From positions 125,287 to 189,286 of the forward strand of contig CAMKPL010000001.1 of assembly GCA_946414655.1 (NCBI GenBank): DNA of 64,000 nt, in the 5' to 3' direction. Source of the DNA: an uncultured Bacillales bacterium (GTDB lineage: Bacteria; Bacillota_I; Bacilli_A; RFN20; CAG-826). The first letter of the stretch is position 1. Each line of letters opens with the position of its first letter. The translations under genes were made by a program, and so were the position numbers. This document shows positions 1-12,118 of this stretch, one piece after another. Under the pieces are notes generated by a model, which saw only the letters and a list, made by a program, of their open reading frames with translations, did no database searches and was not told the DNA's origin.

Positions 1-138
1 TTCACGTAAACAGACACGACAGAGTTTGAATTTTGAATATACGGAGTGAGGACGTCCGCAACGTTCACAACGAGTATATTCACGAACTTTGAATTTCTTT
101 GGTCTTGCACATTTGACCTTCATACTGGTTTTTGCCAT
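1..138 (-). CDS. rpsN: 30S ribosomal protein S14, zinc-binding (type Z); partial, runs off window start
   Basis: Not in ORF track. Manual translation from ATG at 138: [46 protein letters not shown], with two CxxC pairs. Follows rplE; SD GGAGG upstream. Confidence 0.95.
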   Translation of the reverse strand, partial: MAKTSMKVKCARPKKFKVREYTRCERCGRPHSVYSKFKLCRVCLRE

Positions 139-156
139 TGTTTCTTTCCTCCTTCC

Positions 157-888
157 TTATTTGTGGAATGGCATTCCTAAGAGCTTAAGTAAGCTATAGG
201 CTTCATTGTCACTTCTTGCAGTTGTGACAATGACGATATCCATACCACGGATTTTATTGACCTTATCGTAGTCGATTTCTGGGAAAATAAGTTGTTCCTT
301 AATTCCGAGAGTGTAGTTACCATGACCATCGAAGGAGTTTTTAGAGACTCCACGGAAGTCACGGACACGTGGGAGCGCGATAGTCACAAGACGATCGAAG
401 AATTCGTACATGCGAACTCCACGAAGAGTGACTTTGCAACCAATGCCTTGTCCTTCACGGAGCTTGAAGCTTGCGATGGACTTTTTAGCTTTGGTGATAA
501 CTGGATGTTGTCCAGTAATTTGCGCGATTTCACTCACGACACTGTCTAAGGCCTTGTTATCAGTTAAGGCATCACCAACACCGACGTTAATGACAATCTT
601 CTCTAAATGAGGAACTTGCATCACGGAGGAATATTTGAATTCTTCCATGAGAGCTTTCTTCATTTCGGATTCGTATTTGTCAAGTAGACGAGTGGAGACG
701 GTGCGCTTCTTGTTTCCTTTGGAAACTTTCTTTGCTGGGGCAGCCTTTGGAGTAGCTTCTGCTTTAGCAGGAGCAACTTTTGCGGCAGCAGCTTTTGGTG
801 CTGCCTCTTTGGCTGGAGCAGCTTTCTTAGGAGCAGCAGCTTTCTTGACTGCTGCAGACTTAGCTGCAGGTTTCTTTGTTTCTGCCAT
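157..888 (-). CDS. rplE: 50S ribosomal protein L5 with ~60-aa Ala/Lys/Pro-rich N-terminal extension
   Basis: Core motifs [39 protein letters not shown]; spc operon position. Confidence 0.97.
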   Translation of the reverse strand: MAETKKPAAKSAAVKKAAAPKKAAPAKEAAPKAAAAKVAPAKAEATPKAAPAKKVSKGNKKRTVSTRLLDKYESEMKKALMEEFKYSSVMQVPHLEKIVINVGVGDALTDNKALDSVVSEIAQITGQHPVITKAKKSIASFKLREGQGIGCKVTLRGVRMYEFFDRLVTIALPRVRDFRGVSKNSFDGHGNYTLGIKEQLIFPEIDYDKVNKIRGMDIVIVTTARSDNEAYSLLKLLGMPFHK

Positions 889-899
889 TTGTTTGCCTC

Positions 900-1211
900 C
901 TAGTTCAGTTTGCTTCCGCTGGCTTTGGAGATACGGATTTTCTTTCCATCCTTATCAACAGAGTATCCAACGCGGGAAGCTTTCTTTGTTTTTGGGTCAA
1001 CGATGGCGACATTACTTGCGTCGATTGGGACGTACATTTCGACAACGCTACCTTCTGGGGATTGTTGAGTTGGTTTTTTATGACGTTTGTGGACATTCAC
1101 GCCTTCCACGACAACTTTATTTTTCTTTGGATAGACGGCTTGAACAATACCTTCTTTTCCTTTGTCTTTTCCGGCAATGACGACGACTTTATCACCTTTT
1201 ACGATTTTCAT
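900..1211 (-). CDS. rplX: 50S ribosomal protein L24
   Basis: KOW motif [15 protein letters not shown] and VVVEGVN. Start set at 1211 by spacing from SD GGAGGA (1221-1226). Confidence 0.96.
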   Translation of the reverse strand: MKIVKGDKVVVIAGKDKGKEGIVQAVYPKKNKVVVEGVNVHKRHKKPTQQSPEGSVVEMYVPIDASNVAIVDPKTKKASRVGYSVDKDGKKIRISKASGSKLN

Positions 1212-1228
1212 AATCATCAATCCTCCTA

Positions 1229-1603
1229 TTAGAGAACCTCAGTGGCAAGGGAAACGATCTTCATATAACCTTCACCCTTATCACGAAGTTCACGGGCCAC
1301 TGGTCCAAAGACACGTGTTCCGATTGGAGCGCCTTCAGCGTCAATTAAGACAACAGCGTTATCGTCAAAGGCGATTTGGCTACCATCTGGACGGTTGATG
1401 GCGTGTTTGGTACGGACGATGATACCTTTGACGATATCACTCTTTTTCACACGGCCATTTGGAATGGCTTCCTTGACAGCACAGGTGACAATGTCACCAA
1501 TGCTACAGGATTTGCGGGTGCTACCGCCTTTAAGACGGAAGACACGAACGCTACGAGCACCGGAGTTATCGGCCACAACTAAGTTTGTTTCTGTTTGAAT
1601 CAT
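1229..1603 (-). CDS. rplN: 50S ribosomal protein L14
   Basis: [31 protein letters not shown]. Confidence 0.98.
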   Translation of the reverse strand: MIQTETNLVVADNSGARSVRVFRLKGGSTRKSCSIGDIVTCAVKEAIPNGRVKKSDIVKGIIVRTKHAINRPDGSQIAFDDNAVVLIDAEGAPIGTRVFGPVARELRDKGEGYMKIVSLATEVL

Positions 1604-1618
1604 GACTAATTACCTCCG

Positions 1619-2152
1619 TTATTCTGCTTTTTCCTGAGCCTTCTTGGCTGGAGCTTTTTTAGCAGCTACTTTCTTGGCTGGAGCCTTTTCACTAGCTACT
1701 TCTTCTTTTGCTGCCGCTTTTTTAGCTGGTGCCTTTTTAGCAGGAGCTTTCTTTGGAGCAGCTTTTTCTTCGACAACTGGAGCTTCTTCTTTGACTGGTT
1801 CAGCTTTTGGGGCTTCTTCAACCTTTGGTTCTTCGGCTTTCACTGCTTCTTCAGCTTGGATTTCAAGTTCCTTTTCAGCTTCAAGGACTTTAATATCAAC
1901 TTGAGCTTTCTTGTCGACGCTCACTAAGCGGAAACGTTTAAGAGCGCTTAGTGGACGAGACGCCATAATGGTAACTGTATCACCAACTTTGGCCTCGTTC
2001 TTTTCGTCGTGCGCGTAATACTTATTAGAATATTTCACGCGTTTTTGGTATTTGGCATGTCTTTTGTGAGTTTCGACTTCGACGACAATGGTCTTGTCCA
2101 TCTTGTTAGAAACGACAACGCCTTGAAGAGTTGTTCTACGATTTCTTTCCAT
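1619..2152 (-). CDS. rpsQ: 30S ribosomal protein S17 with ~90-aa Glu- then Ala/Lys/Pro-rich C-terminal tail
   Basis: [29 protein letters not shown], followed by a low-complexity tail. Confidence 0.96.
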   Translation of the reverse strand: MERNRRTTLQGVVVSNKMDKTIVVEVETHKRHAKYQKRVKYSNKYYAHDEKNEAKVGDTVTIMASRPLSALKRFRLVSVDKKAQVDIKVLEAEKELEIQAEEAVKAEEPKVEEAPKAEPVKEEAPVVEEKAAPKKAPAKKAPAKKAAAKEEVASEKAPAKKVAAKKAPAKKAQEKAE

Positions 2153-2166
2153 CAGTCTAATCCTCC

Positions 2167-2364
2167 TTATTTAATGCCGAGTTCTCTTTCGCGTTGAACC
2201 ATGTAGGCACGCGCGATATCTTTACGAACTCTGTGGACTTCTTCACCGTGTTCGAGCTGTCCAACAGCTTTCTTACGACGAAGATTGAATAATTCTTCTT
2301 TGAGTAAGTAGATCTTTTCGTTTAGTTCTTCGTTACTCATTTCACGGAATTCAGCGACTTTCAT
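2167..2364 (-). CDS. rpmC: 50S ribosomal protein L29
   Basis: LKEELFNLR...GQL...VRKDIAR; operon position. Confidence 0.96.
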   Translation of the reverse strand: MKVAEFREMSNEELNEKIYLLKEELFNLRRKKAVGQLEHGEEVHRVRKDIARAYMVQRERELGIK

Positions 2365-2366
2365 GA

Positions 2367-2780
2367 TTACTTACCCTCCTTACAAATGACGCGGCACTTG
2401 TTTGGAAGCTTATAAGCAGCTAAGCGGAGAGCTTCCATGGCGACTTCCTTTGGAAGACCACCCATTTCAAACATGACGCGGTTCTTTTTCACAACTGCCA
2501 CCCAGTTTTCTGGTGAACCTTTACCGGAACCCATACGAACTTCGGCTGGTTTTTTGGTTTTAGCAAGATGTGGGAAGATACGAATGTATACTTTTCCTTC
2601 TTTCTTGCAGTAACGGCTTAAGACGATACGAGCACTTTCGATTTGACGATCAGTGATCCATGCGCCGGTCACCGCTTGAAGACCATATTCTCCAAAGGAG
2701 ACTTCATTACCACCCTTGGAAAGGCCTTCGTATTTAATGCCGTGAGGACGACGATATTTAACACGTTTTGGTTGTAACAT
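2367..2780 (-). CDS. rplP: 50S ribosomal protein L16
   Basis: [23 protein letters not shown]. Confidence 0.98.
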   Translation of the reverse strand: MLQPKRVKYRRPHGIKYEGLSKGGNEVSFGEYGLQAVTGAWITDRQIESARIVLSRYCKKEGKVYIRIFPHLAKTKKPAEVRMGSGKGSPENWVAVVKKNRVMFEMGGLPKEVAMEALRLAAYKLPNKCRVICKEGK

Positions 2781-2782
2781 AA

Positions 2783-3505
2783 TTATTTATCTCCTTTCAC
2801 AGCACGGTGTTCTGGACGTTCTTGACGTGGGCGACGAGCTTCACGTTCTTCGTGTTCTTTTCTTTCGCCTTCGGCTGGTTTACAAATCCAGACCTTGACA
2901 CCTAAACGACCATATGGAGTCACGGCTTCTTTAATCGCGAAGTCGATGTCACTACGGAGTGTGGTTAGTGGAACAATACCTTCCTTATAACCTTCGCTAC
3001 GAGCGATATCAGCACCGCCTAAACGGCCGCTAACCATGGTTTTGCATCCTTTTGCACCAGCTTTACGAACGCGTTGAATCGCTTTCTTTTGGGCGGTACG
3101 GAATGATGCACGGTTTTCTAGTTCGGTGGCAATCCATTGAGCAACTAAAGCTGCATCTAAATCTGGATTTTTGACATCAACGACGTCAAGACGAACTGTG
3201 GAACCTTTGAGTAATTTACCGACTTCTTTCTTAATGCGGTTGATATTGGCACCTTCTTGGCCAATGACCACACCTGGACGAGCGACGAAGACTTTGACGT
3301 TAACATCGTGTCCCTTGTCGGTTTTATGTCTTTCAATCTCCACGTGGGAGAGAAGAGCTTCTTTTAATTCTTTTTCAAGATATGCGCGGACGCGGATATC
3401 TTCATGAAGGAACTTTGCGTATTCTTGTTTGGATGCGAACCAGCGGGAGTGCCAGTCACGGTTAATTCCAACACGCATACCTACAGGACTAACTTTTTGA
3501 CCCAT
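2783..3505 (-). CDS. rpsC: 30S ribosomal protein S3
   Basis: [42 protein letters not shown]. Confidence 0.98.
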   Translation of the reverse strand: MGQKVSPVGMRVGINRDWHSRWFASKQEYAKFLHEDIRVRAYLEKELKEALLSHVEIERHKTDKGHDVNVKVFVARPGVVIGQEGANINRIKKEVGKLLKGSTVRLDVVDVKNPDLDAALVAQWIATELENRASFRTAQKKAIQRVRKAGAKGCKTMVSGRLGGADIARSEGYKEGIVPLTTLRSDIDFAIKEAVTPYGRLGVKVWICKPAEGERKEHEEREARRPRQERPEHRAVKGDK

Positions 3506-3522
3506 TTTTGCTCAATTCCTCC

Positions 3523-4059
3523 TTATCTTTCTTTCACCACAACTGTAATGTGGGATGTTCTTTTAACTAAGCCAGATGCGCTACCCTTCGCTCTTGGAAG
3601 GAAACGTTTCATCTTAATGCCATCTGTTGCATAAATTTCAGCGACATATAATCTTTCTTCACTCATAGAGAAGTTGTTAATCGCGTTCGCAGCAGCGCTA
3701 CGAATGACTTTACTAACAAGTGGTGAAGCAGCACGATTGACGTTATAGAGAATTCCTAACGCTTCGTTAACGCCTTTTCCACGAACAAGATCAATGACGA
3801 GTCTTGCTTTTCTTGGAGTGACACGCACGTCTTTTGCAACAGCGCGGGCTTCAGTAACAACTGGTTTCTTTGGAGCTTCTGGAGCTTTCTTTTCAGCCTT
3901 TTTAGCTTTCTTAGCAGCTTTTGGAGCTTCTTCAACCTTCACTGTTTCTTCTGCTTTGACTTCAGCAACTGGTGCTTCTTTCTTCGCAGGAGCTTTTTTC
4001 GCAGGAGCCTTCTTTGCAGCTGGGGCTTTCTTTACTGCTGTTTTCTTTTCTTCAGCCAT
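3523..4059 (-). CDS. rplV: 50S ribosomal protein L22 with ~65-aa Ala/Lys/Pro/Glu-rich N-terminal extension
   Basis: Core VRVTPRKARLVIDLVRGK, SAAANA, PRAKG, KRTSHITVVV. Confidence 0.97.
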   Translation of the reverse strand: MAEEKKTAVKKAPAAKKAPAKKAPAKKEAPVAEVKAEETVKVEEAPKAAKKAKKAEKKAPEAPKKPVVTEARAVAKDVRVTPRKARLVIDLVRGKGVNEALGILYNVNRAASPLVSKVIRSAAANAINNFSMSEERLYVAEIYATDGIKMKRFLPRAKGSASGLVKRTSHITVVVKER

Positions 4060-4073
4060 CTTTACTTACCTCC

Positions 4074-4364
4074 TTATTTCGCTGCTGCAGCCTTATCTTC
4101 TGCATTGTTACCGTGGTGTCCTTTGAAGGTTCTTGTTGGGGCGAATTCGCCTAACTTGTGACCAACCATATCTTCAGTGACATAGACGGTAATGTGTTCG
4201 CGTCCGTTATAGACCGCGAAGGTGTGTTCGACAAATGATGGGAAAATTGTGGAACGACGGGACCAAGTCTTAATGACTTCTTTTTTGTTGGCGGCATTGA
4301 GAGCATCAACCTTCTTAAGAAGGTAAGCATCACAGAATGGGCCTTTTTTAATGGAACGTGACAT
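4074..4364 (-). CDS. rpsS: 30S ribosomal protein S19
   Basis: [32 protein letters not shown]. Confidence 0.98.
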   Translation of the reverse strand: MSRSIKKGPFCDAYLLKKVDALNAANKKEVIKTWSRRSTIFPSFVEHTFAVYNGREHITVYVTEDMVGHKLGEFAPTRTFKGHHGNNAEDKAAAAK

Positions 4365-4382
4365 TCGTTAATTCTCCTTTCA

Positions 4383-5216
4383 TTATTTGCCATTTCTACG
4401 ACGAACGATGAGTTTCGTAGAAGCTTTTTTAATTCGACGTGTCTTGACGCCGAGAGCACGTTTACCCCAAGGGGTACGAGGTGCATCGCGTCCGACTGGA
4501 CATTTACCTTCACCACCACCGTGTGGGTGATCATTTGGGTTCATGACGGAACCACGGACAGTTGGTCTGGTTCCTAACCAGCGGGTTTTACCTGCTTTAC
4601 CCTTATTAACAAGGATGTAGTCTTCGTTTCCGACAACTCCGATTGTCGCACGGCAGGTGGCTAAGACTTTTCTGACTTCACCAGAGGCGAGACGTAAGAT
4701 GACGTATTTGCCTTCGGCACCAAGCACTTGAGCACTTGTACCAGCGGCACGGCACATTTGTCCGCCTTTCTTTGGGGAAAGTTCAATGTTATGGATAAAG
4801 GTACCTTCTGGGATGTTAGCAAGTGGTAAGCAGTTACCGACTTTAATATCAACGTTTTCGCCAGAGATAACCTTGTCGCCCACATGTAAGTTTTGTGGAG
4901 CGAGGATGTATCGCTTTTCACCATCGGTGTAAACGACGAGTAAGATGTTGGCGTTACGGTTTGGATCATATTCCACCGCTTTGACAACGCCGACGATTCC
5001 GTCTTTGTTTCTCTTGAAGTCAATGACACGATATCTACGCTTATGACCACCACCGATGTGACGGGTTGTAATGACGCCTTGGTTATTACGACCGCCAGTT
5101 TTACTTAATTTAACAGTTAAACTTTTTTCAGGAGTACTTTTGGTGATTTCTTCATAAGTCAGATTCGTCATGTTTCTTCGAGAAGCAGACGTTGGTCTGA
5201 ATGTTCTAATTGACAT
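4383..5216 (-). CDS. rplB: 50S ribosomal protein L2
   Basis: [32 protein letters not shown]. Confidence 0.98.
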   Translation of the reverse strand: MSIRTFRPTSASRRNMTNLTYEEITKSTPEKSLTVKLSKTGGRNNQGVITTRHIGGGHKRRYRVIDFKRNKDGIVGVVKAVEYDPNRNANILLVVYTDGEKRYILAPQNLHVGDKVISGENVDIKVGNCLPLANIPEGTFIHNIELSPKKGGQMCRAAGTSAQVLGAEGKYVILRLASGEVRKVLATCRATIGVVGNEDYILVNKGKAGKTRWLGTRPTVRGSVMNPNDHPHGGGEGKCPVGRDAPRTPWGKRALGVKTRRIKKASTKLIVRRRNGK

Positions 5217-5252
5217 TTTGTTTCTCCTATAATGTGTAAATCCTATTTCAGA

Positions 5253-5582
5253 TTACTCTTTGAAGAGGTCAAGTGCTTCGCCTTCTGCGATAGTCACGAC
5301 CGCTTTCTTATAACCACTGATGGAACCTTGGTAACGTCCACCACGTGTGGTTTTCTTACTTGGAACATTGACAATGTTGACATCGAGTGCCTTGACGTTG
5401 AAGACCTTTTCGAAGGCTTTCTTGACTTCAGCACGGTTGGCCTTTGGACTAACCTTTAATGTCACTTTGTTTTGTTCTTGCATAAGGGACATTGTTTTTT
5501 CAGTAATCACTGGTTCAATAATTAAATCTAATTCATGAACAGTTGGACGACCGAACTTTTGTTCTTCGACTTTTTTCGCCAT
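5253..5582 (-). CDS. rplW: 50S ribosomal protein L23
   Basis: PVITEK, YKKAVVT. Start chosen by SD spacing (GGAGGA at 5591-5596). Confidence 0.95.
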   Translation of the reverse strand: MAKKVEEQKFGRPTVHELDLIIEPVITEKTMSLMQEQNKVTLKVSPKANRAEVKKAFEKVFNVKALDVNIVNVPSKKTTRGGRYQGSISGYKKAVVTIAEGEALDLFKE

Positions 5583-5596
5583 TTTCATGCTCCTCC

Positions 5597-6232
5597 TTAT
5601 GCTAATACTTCTTCAACAACCTTTAAGGTTGCCTTATCCATGACGATCTTATCAAAGTAAGCTAAGTCATAGACGCTAACATTCCAGGCTGGTGTAACAA
5701 CACAGTCCTTAATGTTAGAGGCGCCCCAGATGAGGTTTTCGTTTTTGTCATCAGCGACAACAACAAGAATCTTTCCTGAGACTTTCAGATCTTTGAACAT
5801 CTTGACGACGTTTTTGGTTTTCTTGTCGGCGAATTTAATTTCGTCAACAACAACAAGATCTTTCACCTTTGAGGAATACATACTGCGTAATGCGAGTTTG
5901 TGTTCCTTACGGTTTTGTTTAATGGTGTGATTTTGGACACCAGTTGGGCCGAAGACGGTACCACCACCAACCCAGATTGGGGAGCGGGAGCTACCGGCAC
6001 GGGCACGACCAGTACCTTTTTGTCTCCATGGTTTCTTACCACCACCGCTAACTTCATCACGTTTTTTAGTTTTAGCGGTGTCTTGTCTCATGTTTGCTTG
6101 GTAGACAACGATGGCGTCTTTCACAGCTTGAACATGTTCTTCAACTCCGAAGTATTCGGCGCTGACTGAGACAGTTGAGACTTTTTCGCCTGCTTGAGAA
6201 TAGACAGGGATGGAAATTTTCTTTTCAGCCAT
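5597..6232 (-). CDS. rplD: 50S ribosomal protein L4
   Basis: VSGGGKKPWRQKGTGRARAGS, GGGTVFGP. Confidence 0.98.
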   Translation of the reverse strand: MAEKKISIPVYSQAGEKVSTVSVSAEYFGVEEHVQAVKDAIVVYQANMRQDTAKTKKRDEVSGGGKKPWRQKGTGRARAGSSRSPIWVGGGTVFGPTGVQNHTIKQNRKEHKLALRSMYSSKVKDLVVVDEIKFADKKTKNVVKMFKDLKVSGKILVVVADDKNENLIWGASNIKDCVVTPAWNVSVYDLAYFDKIVMDKATLKVVEEVLA

Positions 6233-6237
6233 TTTAA

Positions 6238-7131
6238 CTATTCTCCTTTCTTCTCTTCAGCAACTGGTTCAGCTTTTGGGGCTTCTTCAGCAACTGGAGT
6301 TTCTTCGGCGGCTGCTTGTTTGGCAGCTTCTTCAGCGGCTTTCTTAGCTTCTTCTTCAGCCTTTTTGGCTTCTTCGGCAGCTAAGCGAGCGGCTTCTTCG
6401 GCAGCCTTGCGAGCTTCTTCTTCAGCTTTCTTAGCTTCAGCAGCAGCTCTTGCGGCAGCTTCATAGTCCACTAATTCGTGAACTTTTTCTTTTTGGCCTA
6501 ATTGAACTTTGATTGCGGAACGAACCACAACTAAGCTCTTCTTAGCACCTGGGACAGAACCTCTGACCAAGATGTAATTCTTTTCAGCGTTTGTTTCGAC
6601 AACTAATTGGTTGAGGATTGTGCTGGAGAGATTACCGTGATGACCAGACATTAATTTTCCTGGGATAACACGTGCGTTATTACGTCCGTTGTTAGCGAAG
6701 GAACCTTGTCCTCTGTGATATCCAGATCCGTGTCCCTTTGGTCCGATCTTGTGGCCCCAGCGTTTCACTGTACCAGCATAACCACGACCTTTGGAGACGC
6801 CGATCACGTCAACGATATCTCCGGCTTGGAAGATGTCGGCTTTGATTTCATCGCCAACTTTATAAGCGGCCATTTCATCGCCTTTTAATTCGCGAAGGAC
6901 TTTCTTGGCTGGAACTCCAGCTTTCTTGAAGTGTCCCCTTTCAGCAGAATTAACTTTGGACTCTTTCTTTTCTTCGATACCGACTTGGATAGCGGCATAA
7001 CCATCTTTTTCGACGGTTTTGACTTGAGTTACAACGTTTGGTAAGACTTCGATAACGGTGACAGCATACATCTTGCCATCTTTGGCGAAGACTTCTGTCA
7101 TTCCCATCTTACGACCAATGATTTCTTTCAT
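6238..7131 (-). CDS. rplC: 50S ribosomal protein L3 with ~80-aa Glu/Ala/Lys helical C-terminal tail
   Basis: GRKMGMT, DGYAAIQ, SKGRGYAG, GSVPG, then AEEAKKAEEE-type repeats. Confidence 0.97.
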   Translation of the reverse strand: MKEIIGRKMGMTEVFAKDGKMYAVTVIEVLPNVVTQVKTVEKDGYAAIQVGIEEKKESKVNSAERGHFKKAGVPAKKVLRELKGDEMAAYKVGDEIKADIFQAGDIVDVIGVSKGRGYAGTVKRWGHKIGPKGHGSGYHRGQGSFANNGRNNARVIPGKLMSGHHGNLSSTILNQLVVETNAEKNYILVRGSVPGAKKSLVVVRSAIKVQLGQKEKVHELVDYEAAARAAAEAKKAEEEARKAAEEAARLAAEEAKKAEEEAKKAAEEAAKQAAAEETPVAEEAPKAEPVAEEKKGE

Positions 7132-7145
7132 TTTGTCTTACCTCC

Positions 7146-7457
7146 TTATAACTTGATATCGATATCGACTCCACTTGGTAAATCAAGTTTTCTTAAGGTA
7201 TCAATTGTTTCCTTAGTTGGATTGGTGATATCGATCAATCTCTTATGTGTTCTGATTTCAAACTGTTCACGAGCATCTTTGTACTTATGGACAGCACGCA
7301 AGATCGTATAGACTTGCTTTTCGGTTGGGAGAGGAACAGGGCCCACAACACCAGCCCCGGTCTTCTTTGCAGCAGCGATGATCTTTTCAACCCCAATATC
7401 AAGGATCTTGTGATCATAGGCTTGCAAACGAACCCGAATCGATTTTACTTTTGCCAT
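7146..7457 (-). CDS. rpsJ: 30S ribosomal protein S10
   Basis: [39 protein letters not shown]. Confidence 0.98.
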   Translation of the reverse strand: MAKVKSIRVRLQAYDHKILDIGVEKIIAAAKKTGAGVVGPVPLPTEKQVYTILRAVHKYKDAREQFEIRTHKRLIDITNPTKETIDTLRKLDLPSGVDIDIKL

Positions 7458-7499
7458 GAATTTTCCTCCTTCATTTCTTTTTTCAGGCTAGCATCGTTT

Positions 7500-7585
7500 T
7501 GCTCTCTACGAATTACCTGACACCCGTTTCATGACAACGCCTGTCGGTGTGTCAGCAACCTCGCATGTCAACGCAAACGATAACG
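7500..7585 (-). promoter_or_regulatory. Structured S10-operon 5' leader (candidate ribosomal-protein autoregulatory RNA)
   Basis: CTGACAC (7517-7523) pairs with GTGTCAG (7549-7555), with an inner GACA/TGTC stem. The mRNA reads GAGGUUGCUGACACACC, resembling my recollection of Bacilli rpsJ leaders; not checked by search. Confidence 0.6.
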
Positions 7586-7591
7586 TGTATA

Positions 7592-7620
7592 AGAGTACGC
7601 CTATATGTAATATTATGCAA
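7592..7620 (-). promoter_or_regulatory. Sigma-A-like promoter of the S10 operon
   Basis: Minus strand TTGCAT-N17-TACTCT just upstream of the leader. Confidence 0.55.
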
Positions 7621-7652
7621 GCGAAATTTAATAATTATGAATAAATGTAAAA

Positions 7653-7682
7653 TAAAAAATGCCCTCTAAATTGGGCAATTTT
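7653..7682 (-). terminator. Probable intrinsic terminator after queH
   Basis: TGCCC/GGGCA stem flanked by A and T tracts. Confidence 0.55.
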
Positions 7683-7707
7683 GAGCAATTTTTAATGCAA
7701 AATTTTA

Positions 7708-8352
7708 CTATTTTTTTAATTTTGTGAGGCAATTTTCGTAGCTATATTTACAACCGCAATATTGCTGATTGTATAGGTCATAATGAATACGCATTTGACG
7801 AGCTTCTTCCATACCACCAGCCTTCTTAAAATCAGATAAAAAATACTTTGTATTTTTAAATTTTTCAGAAAGCTTTTGTCCAATCTCGTTTAACTTTTGA
7901 GCATTCTTAAATCGTGAAATCGTCATCACTGTTGTTACATAATCAAAACCATGAGAATCTGCATATTCATAGGCTTGATTTAATCTTTTCTTATAGCAGA
8001 TAAAGCATCTTGTTTGTCCTTCTGGTTGATCTTTGTATGGCTTTAAATCCTTCATATAGGTTTCGTTGTCATATGGAACTTCCACAACTTCGACATGTTG
8101 GCCAAAATCACGTTCAAAATAACCTAAAAACTTTTTTAATTCGTCAAGTCTTCTGTAATATTCATCGGCAGGATAAATATTGGAGTTGTTGAAGAAAATT
8201 GTGACATCAAAATATTCACACAAAAACTTCAATGGATAGGTCGAACATGGTCCACAACAAGCGTGTAGTAAAAGTTTCGGTTTTGTTGGATATTTTTGAA
8301 TTTCATCCAAGATTTGCAGGGATTTTTTATAATAATTAATTTTATTTTCCAT
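7708..8352 (-). CDS. queH: Epoxyqueuosine reductase QueH (cobalamin-independent)
   Basis: [25 protein letters not shown]. Start moved to ATG 8352, overlapping the queA stop. Confidence 0.92.
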   Translation of the reverse strand: MENKINYYKKSLQILDEIQKYPTKPKLLLHACCGPCSTYPLKFLCEYFDVTIFFNNSNIYPADEYYRRLDELKKFLGYFERDFGQHVEVVEVPYDNETYMKDLKPYKDQPEGQTRCFICYKKRLNQAYEYADSHGFDYVTTVMTISRFKNAQKLNEIGQKLSEKFKNTKYFLSDFKKAGGMEEARQMRIHYDLYNQQYCGCKYSYENCLTKLKK

Positions 8353-9372
8353 GGATAAACATTGAGTCTCCAAAGCTAAAGAAACGATATCTTTTTTCGA
8401 CAGCATGATGATAAATTTCTAAACAAAATTCACGCCCAATTAAAGCGGAAACAAGCATGATTAAAGTAGATTTCGGCAGATGGAAATTGGTGATCAAACA
8501 ATCGATGGCTTTAAACTCATAACCAGGCTTAATAAAGATAGCAGTATCATCACTTGTTTCGACAAATTTTCCATGTTTTTGCATAACTGCCTCTAATGTT
8601 CGAGTGGCAGTTGTTCCAACAGCAATAATGCGTCGGCCATCTGCCTTTGCCTTGTTTAACTTTTCGGCCACTTCCTTACTCATTTCGTAATGCTCAGTAT
8701 GCATCACATGATCTTCAACCTTTTGCTCCTTAACCGGTTTAAAAGTACCAAGTCCAATGTGTAGTGTTACATCAAGTATTTCAATTCCTTTTTGACGTAT
8801 TTTATCCAGCAATTCCTGGGTAAAATGGAAACCAGCCGTCGGCGCTGCGGCACTTCCTAAAACCTTAGCATAGACCGTTTGATAACGAGAATTATCGGCA
8901 CATTGTTTCTTAATATATGGTGGCAAAGGCATGTTTCCAACTTCATTTAAAATCTCTAAGAAAATGCCTTTATAAATAAACTTCATTAATCGGATGCCTT
9001 CGTCTTTTCTAGCAACACATTCGGCTTTTAATAATCCGTCTTTAAACGTTATAACGGAACCAACCTTAATTGCTTTGGCATTTCCCGTTAAACATTCCCA
9101 TGTATCGCCCTCAATTTGTTTTAAAAGAAGCACTTCAACATGAGCTCCTGTACCTTCTTTAACACCAAAAAGTCGTGCTGGTAATACTTTAGTATTATTT
9201 CGCACCAAAACATCGCCTGGACGAAGGTAATTGATAATATCGTGAAATACTTTGTCTTCGTATGTCTTCGCGTCTTTATGAATGACTAAAAGACGTGACT
9301 CATCACGCTTTTCTGCAGGACTTTGAGCAATTAGCTCTTCTGGAAGTTCAAAATCAAAAAGCGAGATATCCA

Positions 9373-9373
<1 letters not shown>
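8342..9373 (-). CDS. queA: S-adenosylmethionine:tRNA ribosyltransferase-isomerase
   Basis: [53 protein letters not shown]. Confidence 0.98.
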
Positions 9374-11005
<1,632 letters not shown>

Positions 11006-11041
11006 AAATATACGAGAATTACAGGTAATATTTATGCAAAT

Positions 11042-11926
11042 CTAACGTTTTTTTAATTCGTCAGAAAGCAATTTTGTTACCGAAATAACTCTCACTCCTT
11101 CTACTTCATTTTCGAGTGTATCGGAGACCACAACTTCACTGGCGCCCCTTATTCTAGAGTTACTAGAAAATACGGCATGAGTTCCGATAACAAAAATCTT
11201 TTTCGCTTTCTTGTTCGTTAACACTTCAATGGCGTTGTTGATGGTTCCACATGTATCGATAATATCATCAATAACAATACATGTTTTTCCTTCTACATCA
11301 CCAGTAAACGAAAGCACTTCAGATTGATTTGGTCTCGAACGATGCTTTGTGAAAAAGCCAACAGAACAACCTGGGAAGTACTTTCCAAAAGCGATTGCTC
11401 TATCGTCCGAACCGTGGTCTGGGGTTATAACAACAAGATCCTTTGGTTCAACTTTGTCCTTAAAGTATTCAGCATAAATACTAAATGGTTTTAAATTAAC
11501 AAAGTTAACTGAGAAATATTTTTCGATTTCTTCTGTGTGAAGATCAATCGTATAAACAGCATCGAAGCCGACAGTCTCAAGGACTTTAGCAACAACACGG
11601 GCAGATACTGGCTCTCCATCATAGGAAATGCGGTCTTGTCTGCAATAACCATAATATGGCAAACAAGCTACAACTTTTTTAGCACCACTATTTCTTACTG
11701 CATCAGCAAAAAGTTCTAATTCAAAAAGAGTTTGAGCAGATGGTTTTCCGGTTGATTGAATAACAATAACTTCTTTGTTTTTGACATCGCTCAAACATTG
11801 AACAAGTAATTCGCCATCAGAAAAATATTTGATGTCTACTTGGCCAAGTGGAATCCCAGTTTCTTTTGAAACTTTAGTAGCAAACGCTTTGGAACTAGTG
11901 AGATAAAAGAGTATCTTGTTTTCCAT
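11042..11926 (-). CDS. prs: Ribose-phosphate pyrophosphokinase (divergent)
   Basis: FSDGE, PYYGYCRQDR, IDLH, DDIIDTCGT, THAVFS. Confidence 0.9.
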   Translation of the reverse strand: MENKILFYLTSSKAFATKVSKETGIPLGQVDIKYFSDGELLVQCLSDVKNKEVIVIQSTGKPSAQTLFELELFADAVRNSGAKKVVACLPYYGYCRQDRISYDGEPVSARVVAKVLETVGFDAVYTIDLHTEEIEKYFSVNFVNLKPFSIYAEYFKDKVEPKDLVVITPDHGSDDRAIAFGKYFPGCSVGFFTKHRSRPNQSEVLSFTGDVEGKTCIVIDDIIDTCGTINNAIEVLTNKKAKKIFVIGTHAVFSSNSRIRGASEVVVSDTLENEVEGVRVISVTKLLSDELKKR

Positions 11927-12118
11927 AGGGCATTATTATACCAGTTATTCTTAGATAGTAAACTATCTTTTTCTAACTTAAAACCAATGTAAAAGCAAAA
12001 GTAAATATGATGTGCAATCATTAAAATATCGGTGTTATGCTGGTGAAATATTGATTATTCGGGTTTGGTTTAATTGGTTTAATTAACCATATTTTTGAAA
12101 TTGATATACAATACTCAC

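Noticed and set aside
177-7520. Many short antisense or alternate-frame ORFs over the ribosomal operon (e.g. 635-1180, 1644-1904, 3794-4126, 6194-6466)
   Set aside because: They are shadows of biased, low-complexity sense codons, lie within conserved genes, and have no independent signals.
11941-12095. Short repeats (GGTTTAATT) and a small AGATAG/CTATCT stem in the prs-GtrA spacer
   Set aside because: Too short and AT-rich to separate from chance; no array or known motif.
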